64,000 nt of DNA from Macrostomum lignano (lineage: Eukaryota), in NCBI GenBank assembly GCA_002269645.1, contig NIVC01000069.1:186001-250000 (forward strand). The letters run 5' to 3'. Of this stretch, positions 1 through 12,286 are shown one piece after another (within the stretch, counting starts at the first letter, position 1; each line of letters opens with the position of its first letter). The notes under the pieces are model-generated. The model ran no database searches and was not told the DNA's origin. It was given only the letters and a program-made list of their open reading frames with translations. The position numbers and the translations under genes are program-made.

Positions 1-871
1 TAGATGGTGAGCGATTTTAGACTACGATTCCGTCCTAAGCCTCAGAACCCAAAGGGTGGATAATAGGTAACGCCATTTTGAAGATAATGTCTTTCCTCTC
101 AGATGGCTTCGAGATGCTGCAGGGCATGGCGAACTGCAGGTTCCAGCTAGAGCTCTCTCGTGGTGCACAATATCCTACGGTAACTCTTTTTTTAGAAGTA
201 TTGCTACTGCTATGATTATTTTGTGTCTTGACATAATTGACATAAATCAATGTAACAATATTTGAGACATAGGCGCATAAAATTTATTGGTGATTAAATA
301 TTTGGAATTATTCGGGATATTGCGAAACCGCGTAATTTTTTTTAATAAATATATTCAATCTTCCAACACCCGTTGTGAGCCCCGTCCTCCGGAGCAACGC
401 CTACAGCTTTAACCTGTCGGGAAGCTGCGACCCCCAGGTCCCCAGTCAGAGCTCCCGTCCCGCGCCCTAGGGAGAAGCAGAAAAAGGACAGTAACTCGCG
501 AACACGAACTTACACACCGTAGCCGATGCAGTTCGCCGTGCACTTCTTATGGTAGATCGACGAGTCGTTTTATTCAATAGCCAACGGAGGCGGACCAACG
601 CGCCCTCCAGACAGCGACTATATATTTTTCATTGGTCCTACGCGTACATGAATATAACTTAAGAACAAATGTACGGTACAGCAGGGGAGGTGGGGCGGGG
701 TGGCGTGATCGGCGTACGCATTGATTATTGATTGGAGGGGTGGGGCAGACTGGAGGGTTGGGGCGGGGCAGGAGGGCGAGAAAGGGCACGATTGCACAAC
801 AATTATAACGGTAATTCATGTTACTTTATGTACTTCGTCCCAATGACTCAATTCATCTTCTCGACGCACAC

Positions 872-3800
872 TTATCCAGACATCGGATGGTCCCTCCATT
901 CTGGCAGGCTGCTCAGCTCCGTCTGCACAGCCTCCGAGATCGGGAAGCCCCAGGCAAGAAAGAATGGCGTTAAGTTGAGCGACACTTGGACCGACAGCAG
1001 CTTCAAATATGCGTCGATCCTAGACTGGTCACTGCCGTCAGCCAAATGCGTCAGCGCCTCCTCGATTCGATACGTTCGATTCAATGCTTTAAACGGCTCC
1101 CAGCCGAAGGCTTCCTGCAGTTGCAGAAAAGTATCCAACGCTACCCAGACGTTCCAGTCGGCGTCGAATCGCTTTCCGGCCGCGATGTAAGCCTGGCGCT
1201 GGGACTGGCGTGATTCAGGCGCCAGGCTTGGATGGCAAGAGCCGGACAGGCGTAGAACCTGAGAGCCATTGAAAGAACTCTATAAAGTGACACTTCCAAG
1301 CGGTCCTCTGCTTTGGGGGCATGGCAGGGTAGCAATCAGCCCCAGAAATGCACCAGAGTACGTGTACATGCCTAACGATGAGAGAGTCAGGGCCGCTGTA
1401 CCACCCTGTGTGAGCATGCGTGCTCAATGATCAACGGAGCAAGCCATTGTCAGCTAGTTAATCTCCGTGTTATAATGCTATACTAGACTTTACGTTTAGC
1501 TAGGATGAGCAGAACTTATATACGGATCCGCTAAGGCCAGGGGCGCCCACCAAGAGAAAGGGGCGCCAAACAGAGACAGGGGCGCCCACCAAGAGACAGG
1601 GGCCGCCCACCAAGAGACAGGGGCGCCCACCAAGAGAAAGGGGCGCCAACCAAGAGACAGGGGCGCCCACCAAGAGACAGGGGCCGCCCACCAAGAGACA
1701 GGGGCGCCCACCAAGAGACAGGGGCACCCACCAAGAGACAGGGGCGCCCACCAAGAGACAGGGGCGCCCACCAAGAGACAGGGGCACCCACCAAGAGACA
1801 GGGGCCGCCCACCAAAAGACAGGGGCCGCCCACCAAGAGACAGGGGCCGCCCACCAAGAGACAGGGGCGCCCACCAAGAGACAGGGGCACCCACCAAGAG
1901 ACAGGGGCGCCCACCAAGAGACAGGGGCGCCCACCAAGAGACAGGGGCACCCACCAAGAGACAGGGGCCGCCCACCAAGAGACAGGGGCCGCCCACCAAG
2001 AGACAGGGGCGCCCACCAAGAGACAGGGGCGCCCACCAAAAGACAGGGGCACCCACCAAGAGACAGGGGCACCCACCAAGAGACAGGGGCACCCACCAAG
2101 TGACAGGGGCGCCCACCAAAAGACAGGGGCACCCACCAAGAGACAGGGGCGCCCACCAAGAGACAGGGGCCGCCCACCAAGAGACAGGGGCGCCCACCAA
2201 GAGACAGGGGCCGCCCACCAAGAGACAGGGGCGCCCACCAAGAGACAGGGTCGCCCACCAAGAGACAGGGGCACCCACCAAGAGACATGGGCCGCCCACC
2301 AAGAGACAGGGGCCGCCCACCAAGAGACAGGGGCGCCCACCAAGAGACAGGGGCGCCCACCAAAAGACAGGGGCACCCACCAAGAGACAGGGGCACCCAC
2401 CAAGAGACAGGGGCACCCACCAAGTGACAGGGGCGCCCACCAAGAGACAGGGGCACCCACCAAGAGACAGGGGCGCCCACCAAGAGACAGGGGCGCCCAC
2501 CAAGAGACAGGGGCCGCCCACCAAGAGACAGGGGCGCCCACCAAGAGACAGGGGCGCCCACCAAGAGACAGGGGCACCCACCAAGAGACAGGGGCCGCCC
2601 ACCAAGAGACAGGGGCGCCCACCAAGAGACAGGGGCCGCCCACCAAGAGACAGGGGCGCCCACCAAGAGACAGGGGCGCCCACCAAGAGACAGGGGCACC
2701 CACCAAGAGACAGGGGCACCCACCAAGAGACAGGGGCCGCCCACCAAGAGACAGGGGCCGCCCACCAAGAGACAGGGGTGCCCACCAAGAGACAGGGGCC
2801 GCCCACCAAGAGACAGGGGCGCCCACCAAAAGACAGGGGCACCCACCAAGAGACAGGGAATGCATTGTTCAAGGCTGACGAACGCACCGTATCGTGCACG
2901 AATAGGTTTGGCAAATTGTTGGACGCCTCCACTGTGCCGCTAAATTCGCTCAGGCGCCACTGATGGTTGTGGCACAGCTCGTGGATCGGGCCCCAGGATC
3001 CTTTGTTGAGTTTCTTGTCCACCGATAGCAAGCACTCGTCATAGTCCAGATAGCCCATGATGGGATATCCAGAGTGCATTGAGCCTAAAATATTGTTTCA
3101 ACAAACGTCTTTTCAATACCGCAAATGTTCCTCTGAAGGTTCCATCCATCAAATTCCCGGAAGGATATTCAAAGATATCAGTTCAAACCATCCATTTATC
3201 TGTAGTTTTGATCGAAGTCTTTTCTACGTAGCAAAAAAACATTTACGTACCTAAATGTGCACCTTGACTAAAGATCCAACAGAGCCCCACTGGACAACTG
3301 AAGTACATGTAATAGAACGCTACCCATCGCTTTTCTTAGGAATGAGTTGAATGCCAGTGAGGAACCGCATATTTGTCGCATCGCCAGTGAATTTAGTGTA
3401 CACTCTCGAAAACGCATAGCGCTGAATGAGGTTTGGCCATAGTCAAATTCAGTCTAGAAAAAATCGATTTCTCGAGAGCATACTAAATGCACCAGCGATT
3501 CGACAAATTTATATAATTTAATTACGAATTTTGGAGCAGTAAGTCGAGCATCAGTGAAATTCGAATGATCTAAGCGTACGTGTAGCGTCCTACATGTACT
3601 TGTAAACGTAACTGTAAACCAGCGCCTTACCAGTTGAAATGGCCTTATCCAGCACTATTCGCTCCTCCCTCGGTCGTTCCTCTCCGCCGCTACAGACACC
3701 GTGGAACTCGTTGATGGCGATCATAATCTTTAGCCATAGGCGGGCTAATCTCACCAGTCCAGCCGGGCCCTGAGTCATCAACCAACGCCGACCAATTTCC

Positions 3801-6163
3801 GTTGGCACCGCGATCACTAACTGGCCTGGAACGCGCAGTTCGAACATTGGAGCGCGGGTTGTCCGCAGCTCGTCTAGCCAGAGAGACTCAGGAGACGACT
3901 CGACATCGGCAGCAGCAGCTGACTGCTTGTCACTTTCTTCCAGGGTAGAAAGCAGGCTGTACACGGGATAGGGCACGCAGCCGCGTACTTGAATTTCGTG
4001 CTTCCCCAGACTGCTGCCTGGCGGAATCTAAAAATAGCATTCGACGAGCTGTGTAAGTGTACATTGAGGAATTCATGGTGTACACTACAGTGTAGCTAAA
4101 AATAGCCTAAAATATGGGGGTACAGGAAGAAGTTTGGAGGAAGCTTGTTGAGGGCTAAAAATAGACCAAGTGTACAAGCTGCGATTGTACGTCTTTGTTC
4201 CTAAAATCTAAAAATAGCCTCTGCGTACACGTTTTCAGCCTGTTAATTTTTAAGACTACAACCACCTCATTCTACGAATGCTCACCAACACGTAGACAAT
4301 GCCTCCGTACGGATTGTACCCTCGCGTCTGCGCAGCAGTAATCGGAAACAGGCAATGAATTCGAGGCGGTCGCTGCTTTCCCACCGGCACAATATCCGTG
4401 TGACAGCCAATCAGCATCTGAAGGCCTTTGTTTGCCATTGATGGCGCCACGGTAAGCTCCACGAGGCTTCCAGGTGGCGCGTAGGCGCCAGTTTGGCGCC
4501 AAACAGGCGCTCCAGCCGCTGCATATTGATAATACTTGTGCAGACCAGGGTAGGTCGAATCGACCACAGTTTCAATGGTTGGCGAGCTCTCTGCGCCGCT
4601 GGCCTCCAGCAACTCGCCGGGAAAGGAATCTGGCACAGGACAGCGGATCAGCTGTGCACCGGGTGGAGACTGAAAAAGAATTTTTTTGTGATTTTCTGGA
4701 TTGAAAGCAGTATACCAAAATTTAAGTGAAAGGTGGCATCTGTTATCCTCAAAATCATTTTTCGACCAGCCAACGAAGGATGTCCTTCTCTTCTGTCCTT
4801 GTTTTCTGCCCTTGTGTTCAGTCCCTGTCTTCTGTCTTTGTCTTCTTTCCTTGTGTTCTGTCCTTGTGTTCTGTCCTTGTCTTCTGTCTTTGTCTTCTGT
4901 CCTTGTGTTCTGTCCTTGTGTTCAGTCCCTGTCTTCTGTCCTTGTCTTTTGTCCTTTCCTTTGTCCCTGTCTTCTGTCCTTGTCTTCTGTCTTTGTCTTC
5001 TGTCCTTGTGTTCTGTCCTTGTGTTCAGTCCCTGTCTTCTGTCCTTGTCTTTTGTCCTTTCCTTTGGCCCTGTCTTCTGTCCTTGTCTTCTGTCCTTGTG
5101 TTCTGTCCTTGTGTTCTGTCCTTGTGTTCTGTCTTTGTCTTCTGTCTTTGTCTTCTGTCCTTGTCTTCTGTCCTTGTCTTTTGTCCTTTCTTTTGTCCCT
5201 GCCTTTTGTCCTTGTCTTCTGTTCTTATCTTCTATACTAAATGCACTAGTGATACAACAAATAAACTTTCCTCAGTGGCTTCTAGCAGCTGGTTTCTAGA
5301 AAAATCCAGTTTTGAGACCTGCTTTAGGCCACTTTACACACCTAAAAGAACTATTTGAAATTCAGAACACAACCAAATCAATACTCATAACTTACATTCA
5401 GATTCTCGCGAAGTAGCATGGGAACAAGCCACAGACTCAAGTCTACTCCAACTGCTAAAAGCTTGGAGATTGTGCTGACACCAGCTGAGAATGCGCTGTC
5501 TCTCAGTGCCTTCCAGGCCGCGTCAAAGCTTGGTAGACCAATGGTCTCGCTGACAAAGACCTGTTTCATTGGTGACAGAGAACAAAGATCTCATAAGCTT
5601 CACATTCCCATAGGCTTCACATTCCCATAGGCTTCACATTCCCATAGGTTTCACATTCCCATAGGCTTCACATTCCCATAGGCTTCACATTCCCATAGGC
5701 TTCACATTCCCATAATCTGACCTGATCACCAGCAAACTTCAAAGCGGCTGCTACGGCATCATCAAGACCTGGCTCTAATGTCGCCGCAGTCACCATGGCA
5801 ACGAGTCCACCAGCGTCGTTCTGAGCGGGCCGCAGGGTGTCGCAGTGGTTGGCGGACACGGAGGTGACGGCCAGACCCAGCGGGCACAGCCAGCGGTTTC
5901 CTGGAAAGTCGCTCAGAGCCGACTTTCCCGGATTCGAGTAGCCCCAGTACCAGGCGTGACCGCCGCTCAACAGGCAGCCTCCGCTGGCAACGAAGCTCAA
6001 AATTTGGTCTGAGTTTGAGGCGCTGTAACTCGAAGTGACGAACAGCTGACAGCGATTGATTGACAGCTCAGCACGGGACATCTTCACGAGTTCTAGACTG
6101 CAATTTCGGATTGTCTGTCTGTCAGTCTGTCTGTCTGTCTGCCTGTCTGTCTGTCTGTCTGCC

Positions 6164-6224
<61 letters not shown>

Positions 6225-6319
6225 TTCTGTCTGTCTGTCTGTCTGCATGTCTGTCTGTCTGTCTGTCTGCCTGCCTGCCTGTCTGTCTGTCTGTCTGTCT
6301 GTCTGTCTGCCTGCCTGCC

Positions 6320-6352
<33 letters not shown>

Positions 6353-6363
6353 GCCTGCCTGCC

Positions 6364-6400
<37 letters not shown>

Positions 6401-6801
6401 TTCTGTCTGTCTGTCTGTCTGCATGTCTGTCTGTCTGTCTGTCACCTGTAATTCGCACCGCCGCTCTCCAGAAAGAACGGGTGGCCATCCCTCAGTGAGA
6501 CGTCGGTGCCGATGGTGATGACGGTACCGGCGCCCGGTCCATTCCGCAGGCCCCAGTCCAGACAGGCCATCAGTGCGGCCTCCCAGCCGGCCTCCTCAGC
6601 CAAGAACTTTTCATGTCCGAAGTGAACCGCCCGGCCTTTGCCGTACTTGCTGGCGGCAACGATAACGGAGGCATCGGAGTCCGACCCGTCACTCGTTGCG
6701 GTCAGCACAGGAAATGCGTCGGGGCCAAGCGTCACCAGCCTTGATGGCACGGTGCGACTAAGGTCCACTCTAATGCGATCGGTGTGCTCCTTGGACAGCA
6801 T
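872..6801 (-). CDS. TCAF: TCAF/FAM115-like M60-family zinc metallopeptidase, 7 exons, ~753 aa
   Basis: Exons 6801-6446, 6097-5722, 5560-5396, 4669-4286, 4027-3631, 3084-2888 and 1258-872. All introns are GT-AG with matching phases; total 2262 nt, in frame. Motifs: [80 protein letters not shown] (HExxH plus distal E), [23 protein letters not shown]. No signal peptide. Confidence 0.93.
1537..2858. repeat. 20/21-bp minisatellite (GGGGCGCCCACCAAGAGACA)n filling TCAF intron 6
   Basis: Direct reading; ~65 units with GCGCC/GCACC/GCCGCC variants. The same family occurs at 17998-19817 and 55311-56265. Confidence 0.95.
4783..5225. repeat. CT-rich ~13-bp minisatellite (CTTGTCTTCTGTC-like) in TCAF intron 3
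   Basis: Direct reading; explains the Cys/Leu/Ser-rich spurious ORFs. Confidence 0.9.
5593..5713. repeat. 17-bp tandem repeat (CATAGGCTTCACATTCC) x~7 in TCAF intron 2
   Basis: Direct reading. Confidence 0.92.
6112..6443. repeat. (TGTC)n microsatellite making up nearly all of TCAF intron 1
   Basis: Direct reading; starts right after the CAG|GT donor at 6446/6445. Confidence 0.95.
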
Positions 6802-9461
6802 TTTCGCAGTTGGGTTTTAATTCAGAGAAAGTTTCAGGCAAACCAAACCGATTTATAATCCATAATCCAGCTATAGCCAAGTCAGACTGCGGTCAGCAAC
6901 AACAGCTGTTGCGAGTACACCAGTTTGTACCTCGCATGTACGCAGTTGCTGAGCGAGTGACTCCCCGCCTGTCTTATAAGAGTTAGAAATTTGAAAGAGA
7001 ATTTGACAGCTCCATGCAAGAGCCCACCGGAGGAGAAAATAGCGCGCGAAGAAAAGTGCAAGCGGACGCTAGCAGGAGAAATGAGACGCCCCTTCGAGCC
7101 AGCCACTCAGCCATTCAACAGTCGAATGTCTAAGCCCCGAGTGCGCGCATTGCAAGCCATTTTTCCGCCCATCGAACTACCAAAGGGGGGAGGTTGGAGT
7201 TTGCGCATCAAGTCTCAAGCAAGAATCAAGTCGCCAGCCCTCCGGACTGTCGAGATATTCAAAGATTCTACCAAAAGGTCAGACTTTTCCCATAAGCGCC
7301 AGTGTATTCAGTACACCCCTGTGCGCCAATCAGCACTGCGCCTCAGTGCAGCCTTGCCAAGCCTCCAAAATTGATCAGAACGTAGATCAAATGTGTCTGC
7401 ATCAGCTCTGACTTCGTTTGTCACCGGTCTTTACCCAGGCAGATTTTCTGGGTCTTCAACAGGTGGCACCACAGTGGAAGCCTCGACAGTGGGCAAGCCT
7501 CAACTGCTGGACATCCTCACAGTCACTACACCTACTATCAAGGATGTGACAGCTACAATGGCTCCTGCCGAAGGCCCTACTTCCAGGTTTGTCGTGCAAA
7601 CAGTAAACGAACCCGTTGAGGGTCCGGATGATGATGAAAGACGGGAGAACGAAACCGATGCCGGTGATTCACGTGATCCGGAGCCTGTTGTGGTTGCGCA
7701 ACCTCCGCGACGAAGCTGGCGCCAGAAGCGCTCGTTTCCCTGATTCCTGAAGGCGCCTAAGTGCTGTCTGAAAGTTCTCCTTACTGTTCTTACTGTCTGA
7801 TGGCTTTTAAAGACAGAACCCAGTGGTACAACTAAGTGGGGCGTACAGTGGGCGGTGTGCGCCCTCGCGACCGCCTGTGAGGGCAGTCAGTAAATATTTT
7901 TATTTTTACTTTACAATTAAGTATGATCCGATTTTTCAATGAGAAATTGTGATTTTGTAATCGTAATACTTTATTTTGCCTTAATAAGTACGATTTTTTA
8001 AGTCCTAATCGAAGCCGCCCGGTGATCGCCCGGCGGCCCATGAGGCGGCAACCTAAGTTTGGCGTGTTTCATGTTCAAGGCAGTTTTATTTAATAGCACT
8101 GCCCTTTCAGCTTAGCGGGAGAACCGTTTTTTCACAATAATAGGTGGCTACTCTTTACAATAAACGTTAGGGCAATATTTGCTGTTGCCTAGTGCCAGCA
8201 TTGTGAAATTATTTTTCCGGAAAGATGTGTAGAGATTCATAAAATTTAAATGCGCATCAGACTACTTTTAGTAGCGTAGAGCTGAAGCCCCCCCCCGAGA
8301 ACAAATTTTTGCAGTCGAAAGAAGATTAAAAGCATCAAATAGACGATAAATATTAAATATTTGCGCTTTTAGAAAGCGGGCTTGTCTTTGCCATCTATCT
8401 TAAATTGCTGCTAAACCTGCTGATCGAACATGCCGGCTTAAAATGCCCCTTAGAAGTAGAATTAAGGGCTCCTCACTGGGTGAAACTACGAGCAGTGTCT
8501 GCAATGCTTGACTTCATGCTGTTAGCCAGAAATCCATGATCAATGATCTGAAAAATGCTGCAGCAGCTGTTACAGCTTTGAGTAGTGTCCACTAAAATCG
8601 CAGATTTTTTATTCCTGGATGCCGTTGCGCAGCTTGGATATTTCTCTGCAGGCAAAACTAACTATTGATTATTTAGATATTTTGTTTTGGTCAAAACACG
8701 CTGTTTTAACAGTTGGAATTTAAACCCACACAATTTGGAACCCTGTATCTCGTTTGCTTCTTTGATTTAAAATCTAACAAAAAATATTTAAATAGCTAGT
8801 GCAATAGAAGTTAGGAAAAACCAAACAAGGTCTACCATTTCGATTCCGTCGGTTTATTTCAGCAGGATTCTACTGTCTCTTTTTCTCTCCATCTGTCCTC
8901 TCTCCACCCTATTCCTCACAGTCCCTTCTATCTGTCTACTCTCCCTCTCTCCCTTTGTTCACACTGTCCTCCCTCCCCCCTTCGATCTGTCTATACTCTC
9001 ACTCTGTTGTCCCGGTCTTCTCTTCCGCTGTACCCTTTTTTCATCCTCCCTCTCTTGCATCTGCCCTGCATCCCTTTCATCTGTCCTCTCTGCTGCTCTA
9101 TCTGTCGTCTTGTCTACTGCTTTTTCATCTCTCCTCTCTCCCTGTTTTCTATAGCTTTCTATGTTTCCCTGTTTTCTCTAACTGCTCTACTACTTCACAA
9201 GCGAAAGAATTAAAAGATAAAAATCAGGCAAACTTCACATGCTCATAGTTTCTGTCCTGTCCTGATTGAGTTATGAAGCTGAGACTCCATGTTTAGACAG
9301 AAAACATATCAAGGCGCAATCGATTCAAGTTTGAAATAATTATTTGGGGCAAAGTACGTTATGGCAGTCTAAATTAGCCAGGGGAGTAAGAGCCAGGGAA
9401 TCCGTCCTATTGGCTCGCTGTGCTGCGCTGCGAGAAGCAAAGCTGACTCAAATCTTTAACC

Positions 9462-9500
9462 CAGGGGCTGGCAAACTTTTTTCCTCAAGGGCCAGATGAA
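9462..9500 (+). mobile_element. Isolated left terminus of a hAT/Charlie-type MITE
   Basis: CAGGGGCTGGCAAACTTTTTTCCTCAAGGGCCAGAT resembles the typical hAT-Charlie end; no matching right end seen. Confidence 0.45.
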
Positions 9501-9524
9501 AAATCCAGCGCAAGCTCATGAAAC

Positions 9525-9830
9525 ATGAGAGACAGAGAGAGATGAGATAAGAAAGAAGACAAGAGGAGAAAAGAGGGAAGAGACGAGAGAAGGGAGAGAG
9601 AGAGGAGAGGAGAGAAGGAAGAGAAAAAAGAAGTAGGGAGAGAGGAGAGAGGGTAGAGAGGAGAGGCTAGAGAAGAGAGAGGGTAGAGAGAAGAGAGGGT
9701 AGAGAAGAGAGAGGGTAGAGAAGAGAGGGTAGAGAGGAGAGGGTAGAGAGGAGAGGGTAGAGAGGATAGAGGGTAGAGAGAAGAGAGGGTAGAGAGGATA
9801 GAGGGTATAGAGGAGGGTAGAGAGGATAGA
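9525..9830. repeat. AG-rich low-complexity array (GAGAGGGTAGA-like)
   Basis: Direct reading; a CT-rich tract lies nearby at ~8870-9200. Confidence 0.85.
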
Positions 9831-10025
9831 GGAACTTCACATTGCCGAGCACGCTCTTCCATAAGGTTCGGCCTAGTGAAGGAGGCTGCTAAAATGGTTT
9901 TTTGGCAATGTGAAGTTTCGGCCTAGTGAAAGAGAGTGCTTTTCGGCAAAGTGAAATTTTTGCCTAATGAAAGCGCCCCGTGAATTAATTGTTGCGGTTG
10001 TAAATTTTTATTGAGTTTGTAATAT

Positions 10026-11845
10026 TTGTACGTTTGTAACACGGATGATTTCTTTCAAAGCGATCCGGAGTCTGATGCTGAATTTGTTGCCACGACTAAT
10101 TCGACGATTTCGAAAGGCTCTGTATTTCCGCCACTTCCACCGGCATTTGCTGCTGCTAGAAAGGCAAGCGCAGAGACCCCAGCAGCGGTGGCGGCAGCGA
10201 AAGAGATTGAAGCCTCTAAAAGTGCAGCCTCCACAGCCGCTGCTGTCGATTTAGCGGCGGAAGCGGCAGCGGCGGAAGCAGCACAGGCGGAAGCGGCAGC
10301 GGCGGAAGCAGCACAGGCGGAAGCGGCAGCGGCGGAAGCAGCACAGGCGGAAGCGGCAGCGGCGGAAGCAGCACAGGCGGAAGCGGCAGTGGCGGAAGCG
10401 GCAGCGGCGGAAGCGGCAGCGGCGGAAGCGGCAGCGGCGGAAGCGGCAGCGGCGGAAGCGGCAGCGGCGGAAGCAGCACAGGCGGCGGCGGCGAAGGCGG
10501 CAGCAGCGAAGGTGGCAGTGGCAAAAGCGGAAGCGGCAAAGGCAGCTGCAGAGGCGTCGACGATTCAAAAAACTCTACTGAGCACTGCTGCTGATGCTGG
10601 CACACCTGCTGCTGGCACAGACGATCGGCCAGTCCGCTTGCAGTTCGGGCCGGGCCCAATCAAGAGGCTGCAGGAGCAGCTTCAGTCTATTGCGCCAATG
10701 CCCTTAAATTCCGCTGACGGCCTTGTATTCCTCCATGTGTCTCAGCTGCGAGAGCTGGTCCAGAGGACAATCAAACTGGAGGAAAGCCAGCAGCAGATCA
10801 TCAACATACTGGCTGGAATTCAGGCCCGTCTGGATCAGCGGGAAGGGCAATCAGCCAGCTTGCTGTTTGAACCTCTGAATTCACTAGAGGAGTATGCTCG
10901 CTTCCTCACTGATTTGCCTTCTGAGCGAGTTTTGACTTTGGTAAGTTTCAGCGTTGACCTATTTTAATTAAAAAATTCCCCTACTTACTACTGCCTCTGA
11001 GGAGTCAGTAGTAAAAGTAGTTTAATTTCTATATTAATCGAAATTGAGCTGGAACCTAACTTACTGTCACTTAACTCAGATTAACCATCTACGTCTATGC
11101 CAGCGCGGAGATTGGGCAACTGCAGTCACCGACATGGTCAATGTCATCCTGACGCCTCGACTGCAAGCACTTGTCAATTTCAATGGACAGGGCATGCGGA
11201 ACAGGGTGTGCCAGTCTGGTGCAGCCACGGAGCTATCCGATCGGGAGCTCGCGTTTCAATCCAAGTTTTTGGGCTACATCCAAGGTATGATATTCTGTGA
11301 TTAAGCTAAATGCAGTTAACCCTTCTTACAATCTGTAACCCATAAAAACAATTATATTTATAGTTATTTTACTCGAATATAGTAATTTATTTCTAGTATA
11401 TGGATACCACACTCTTGTATAGTCATCGACCTATTTTGCATCCTTTGTTGGAATTGCAGACGCCGTCTCAGCAATTTACGGCACCAGAGCGGAGGACGGC
11501 AGGCCGTCTCAGGATCTGGTCGCTAGCCAAGTGCGGCAGTACCTGAGGCACGGAGCTGACCGGATCTCGGGGCGGTCGCATCGCCGCAACACAATTGGTG
11601 CCATGACGCCTTTAAATTCAATCAGCGCAAGAAGCGCAGCCTCGACTCCACAAGCCAGCGGGCTTTCGCAGGCCACCACATCTGCTACGCCGCAGCGGGC
11701 CCAGAAGCGGCCAGCTCCTTCTCAGCAGCAGAGGGCAGCAAAGCGCCGCAGTGCGAATGTGAACAAAGCTGTTCGAGAAATGGATGATTTGATGGGTTCG
11801 AGTGACGATGAGTTCCGATTTCCCTCCGACTACAGTGACAATTAA
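10026..11845 (+). CDS. DUF4806-like (putative BEN-like) protein with Ala-rich (EAAAA/EAAQA)n tract; 3 exons, 5' end unresolved
   Basis: Exons <=10026-10940 (TTG|GTAAGT, phase 0), 11080-11284 (CAAG|GTATGA, phase 1) and 11460-11845 (TAA); junctions are in phase. Joined C-terminus: FEPLNSLEEYARFLTDL..LINHLRLCQRGDWATAVTDMVNVILTPRLQALVNFNGQG..AFQSKFLGYIQDAVSA..VASQVRQYLRHGADRISGR, which resembles DUF4806 from memory (not searched). No ATG near the start of the first visible exon; possible acceptor at 10060. Confidence 0.7.
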
Positions 11846-12091
11846 ATGCTTAATATAGTTAAAATAGTATCAGAAATGTCAAAGCCTAGGCTAATTAAGG
11901 TGCTTTTTGTAAGATAATCAGCTTAGAAGAGTTGCTGCTTAGTTATGCATAGGTCCGGGGTTTCAAGTCGGTAAAATAGGGTGAAGGACCTCACATCGCT
12001 ATTTGCTCCCCTATTTGCTTAAAAACTTCTGATCGTTGCACGGGCCGCTACTGTTGCTGGCTGAAGTGGGGGAAAGTTAACAACCGACTCG

Positions 12092-12286
12092 AAGTGGCGG
12101 ATCTAGAATTTCATTTTAGGGGGTTCAAGTGTGGGGCGCCAATTTTTAAGCTAGGGGCGCGAAAATGTGTGCTGGGAGCGAAAATCAAGCTTAGGGGCGC
12201 CAACTTAGGTTCTTGGGGCACAATATGTTTTATCAAGCTATTTTAAGAGGGGGCGGCTGTCCCAATGCCCCCTTAATCCACCCCTG
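12092..12286. mobile_element. hAT-type MITE (195 bp), same family as 56376-57295
   Basis: Ends AGTGGCGGATCTAG ... AATCCACCCCTG. Shares internal CAATTTTTAAGCTA, CTTAGGGGCGC and TCAAGCTATTTT with the 56-kb copy. Degenerate 8-bp flanks CCGACTCG/CCGACGCA. Confidence 0.75.

Noticed and set aside
80-180. Possible plus-strand exon (AG|ATAATG...ACG|GTAACT) near the window start
   Set aside because: No recognisable protein motif and no partner exons in view.
7393-7743. 116-codon frame ending PRRSWRQKRSFP, reminiscent of an LTR-retrotransposon integrase tail
   Set aside because: No integrase core, PPT or LTR is recognisable and the start is not ATG; too weak without a search.
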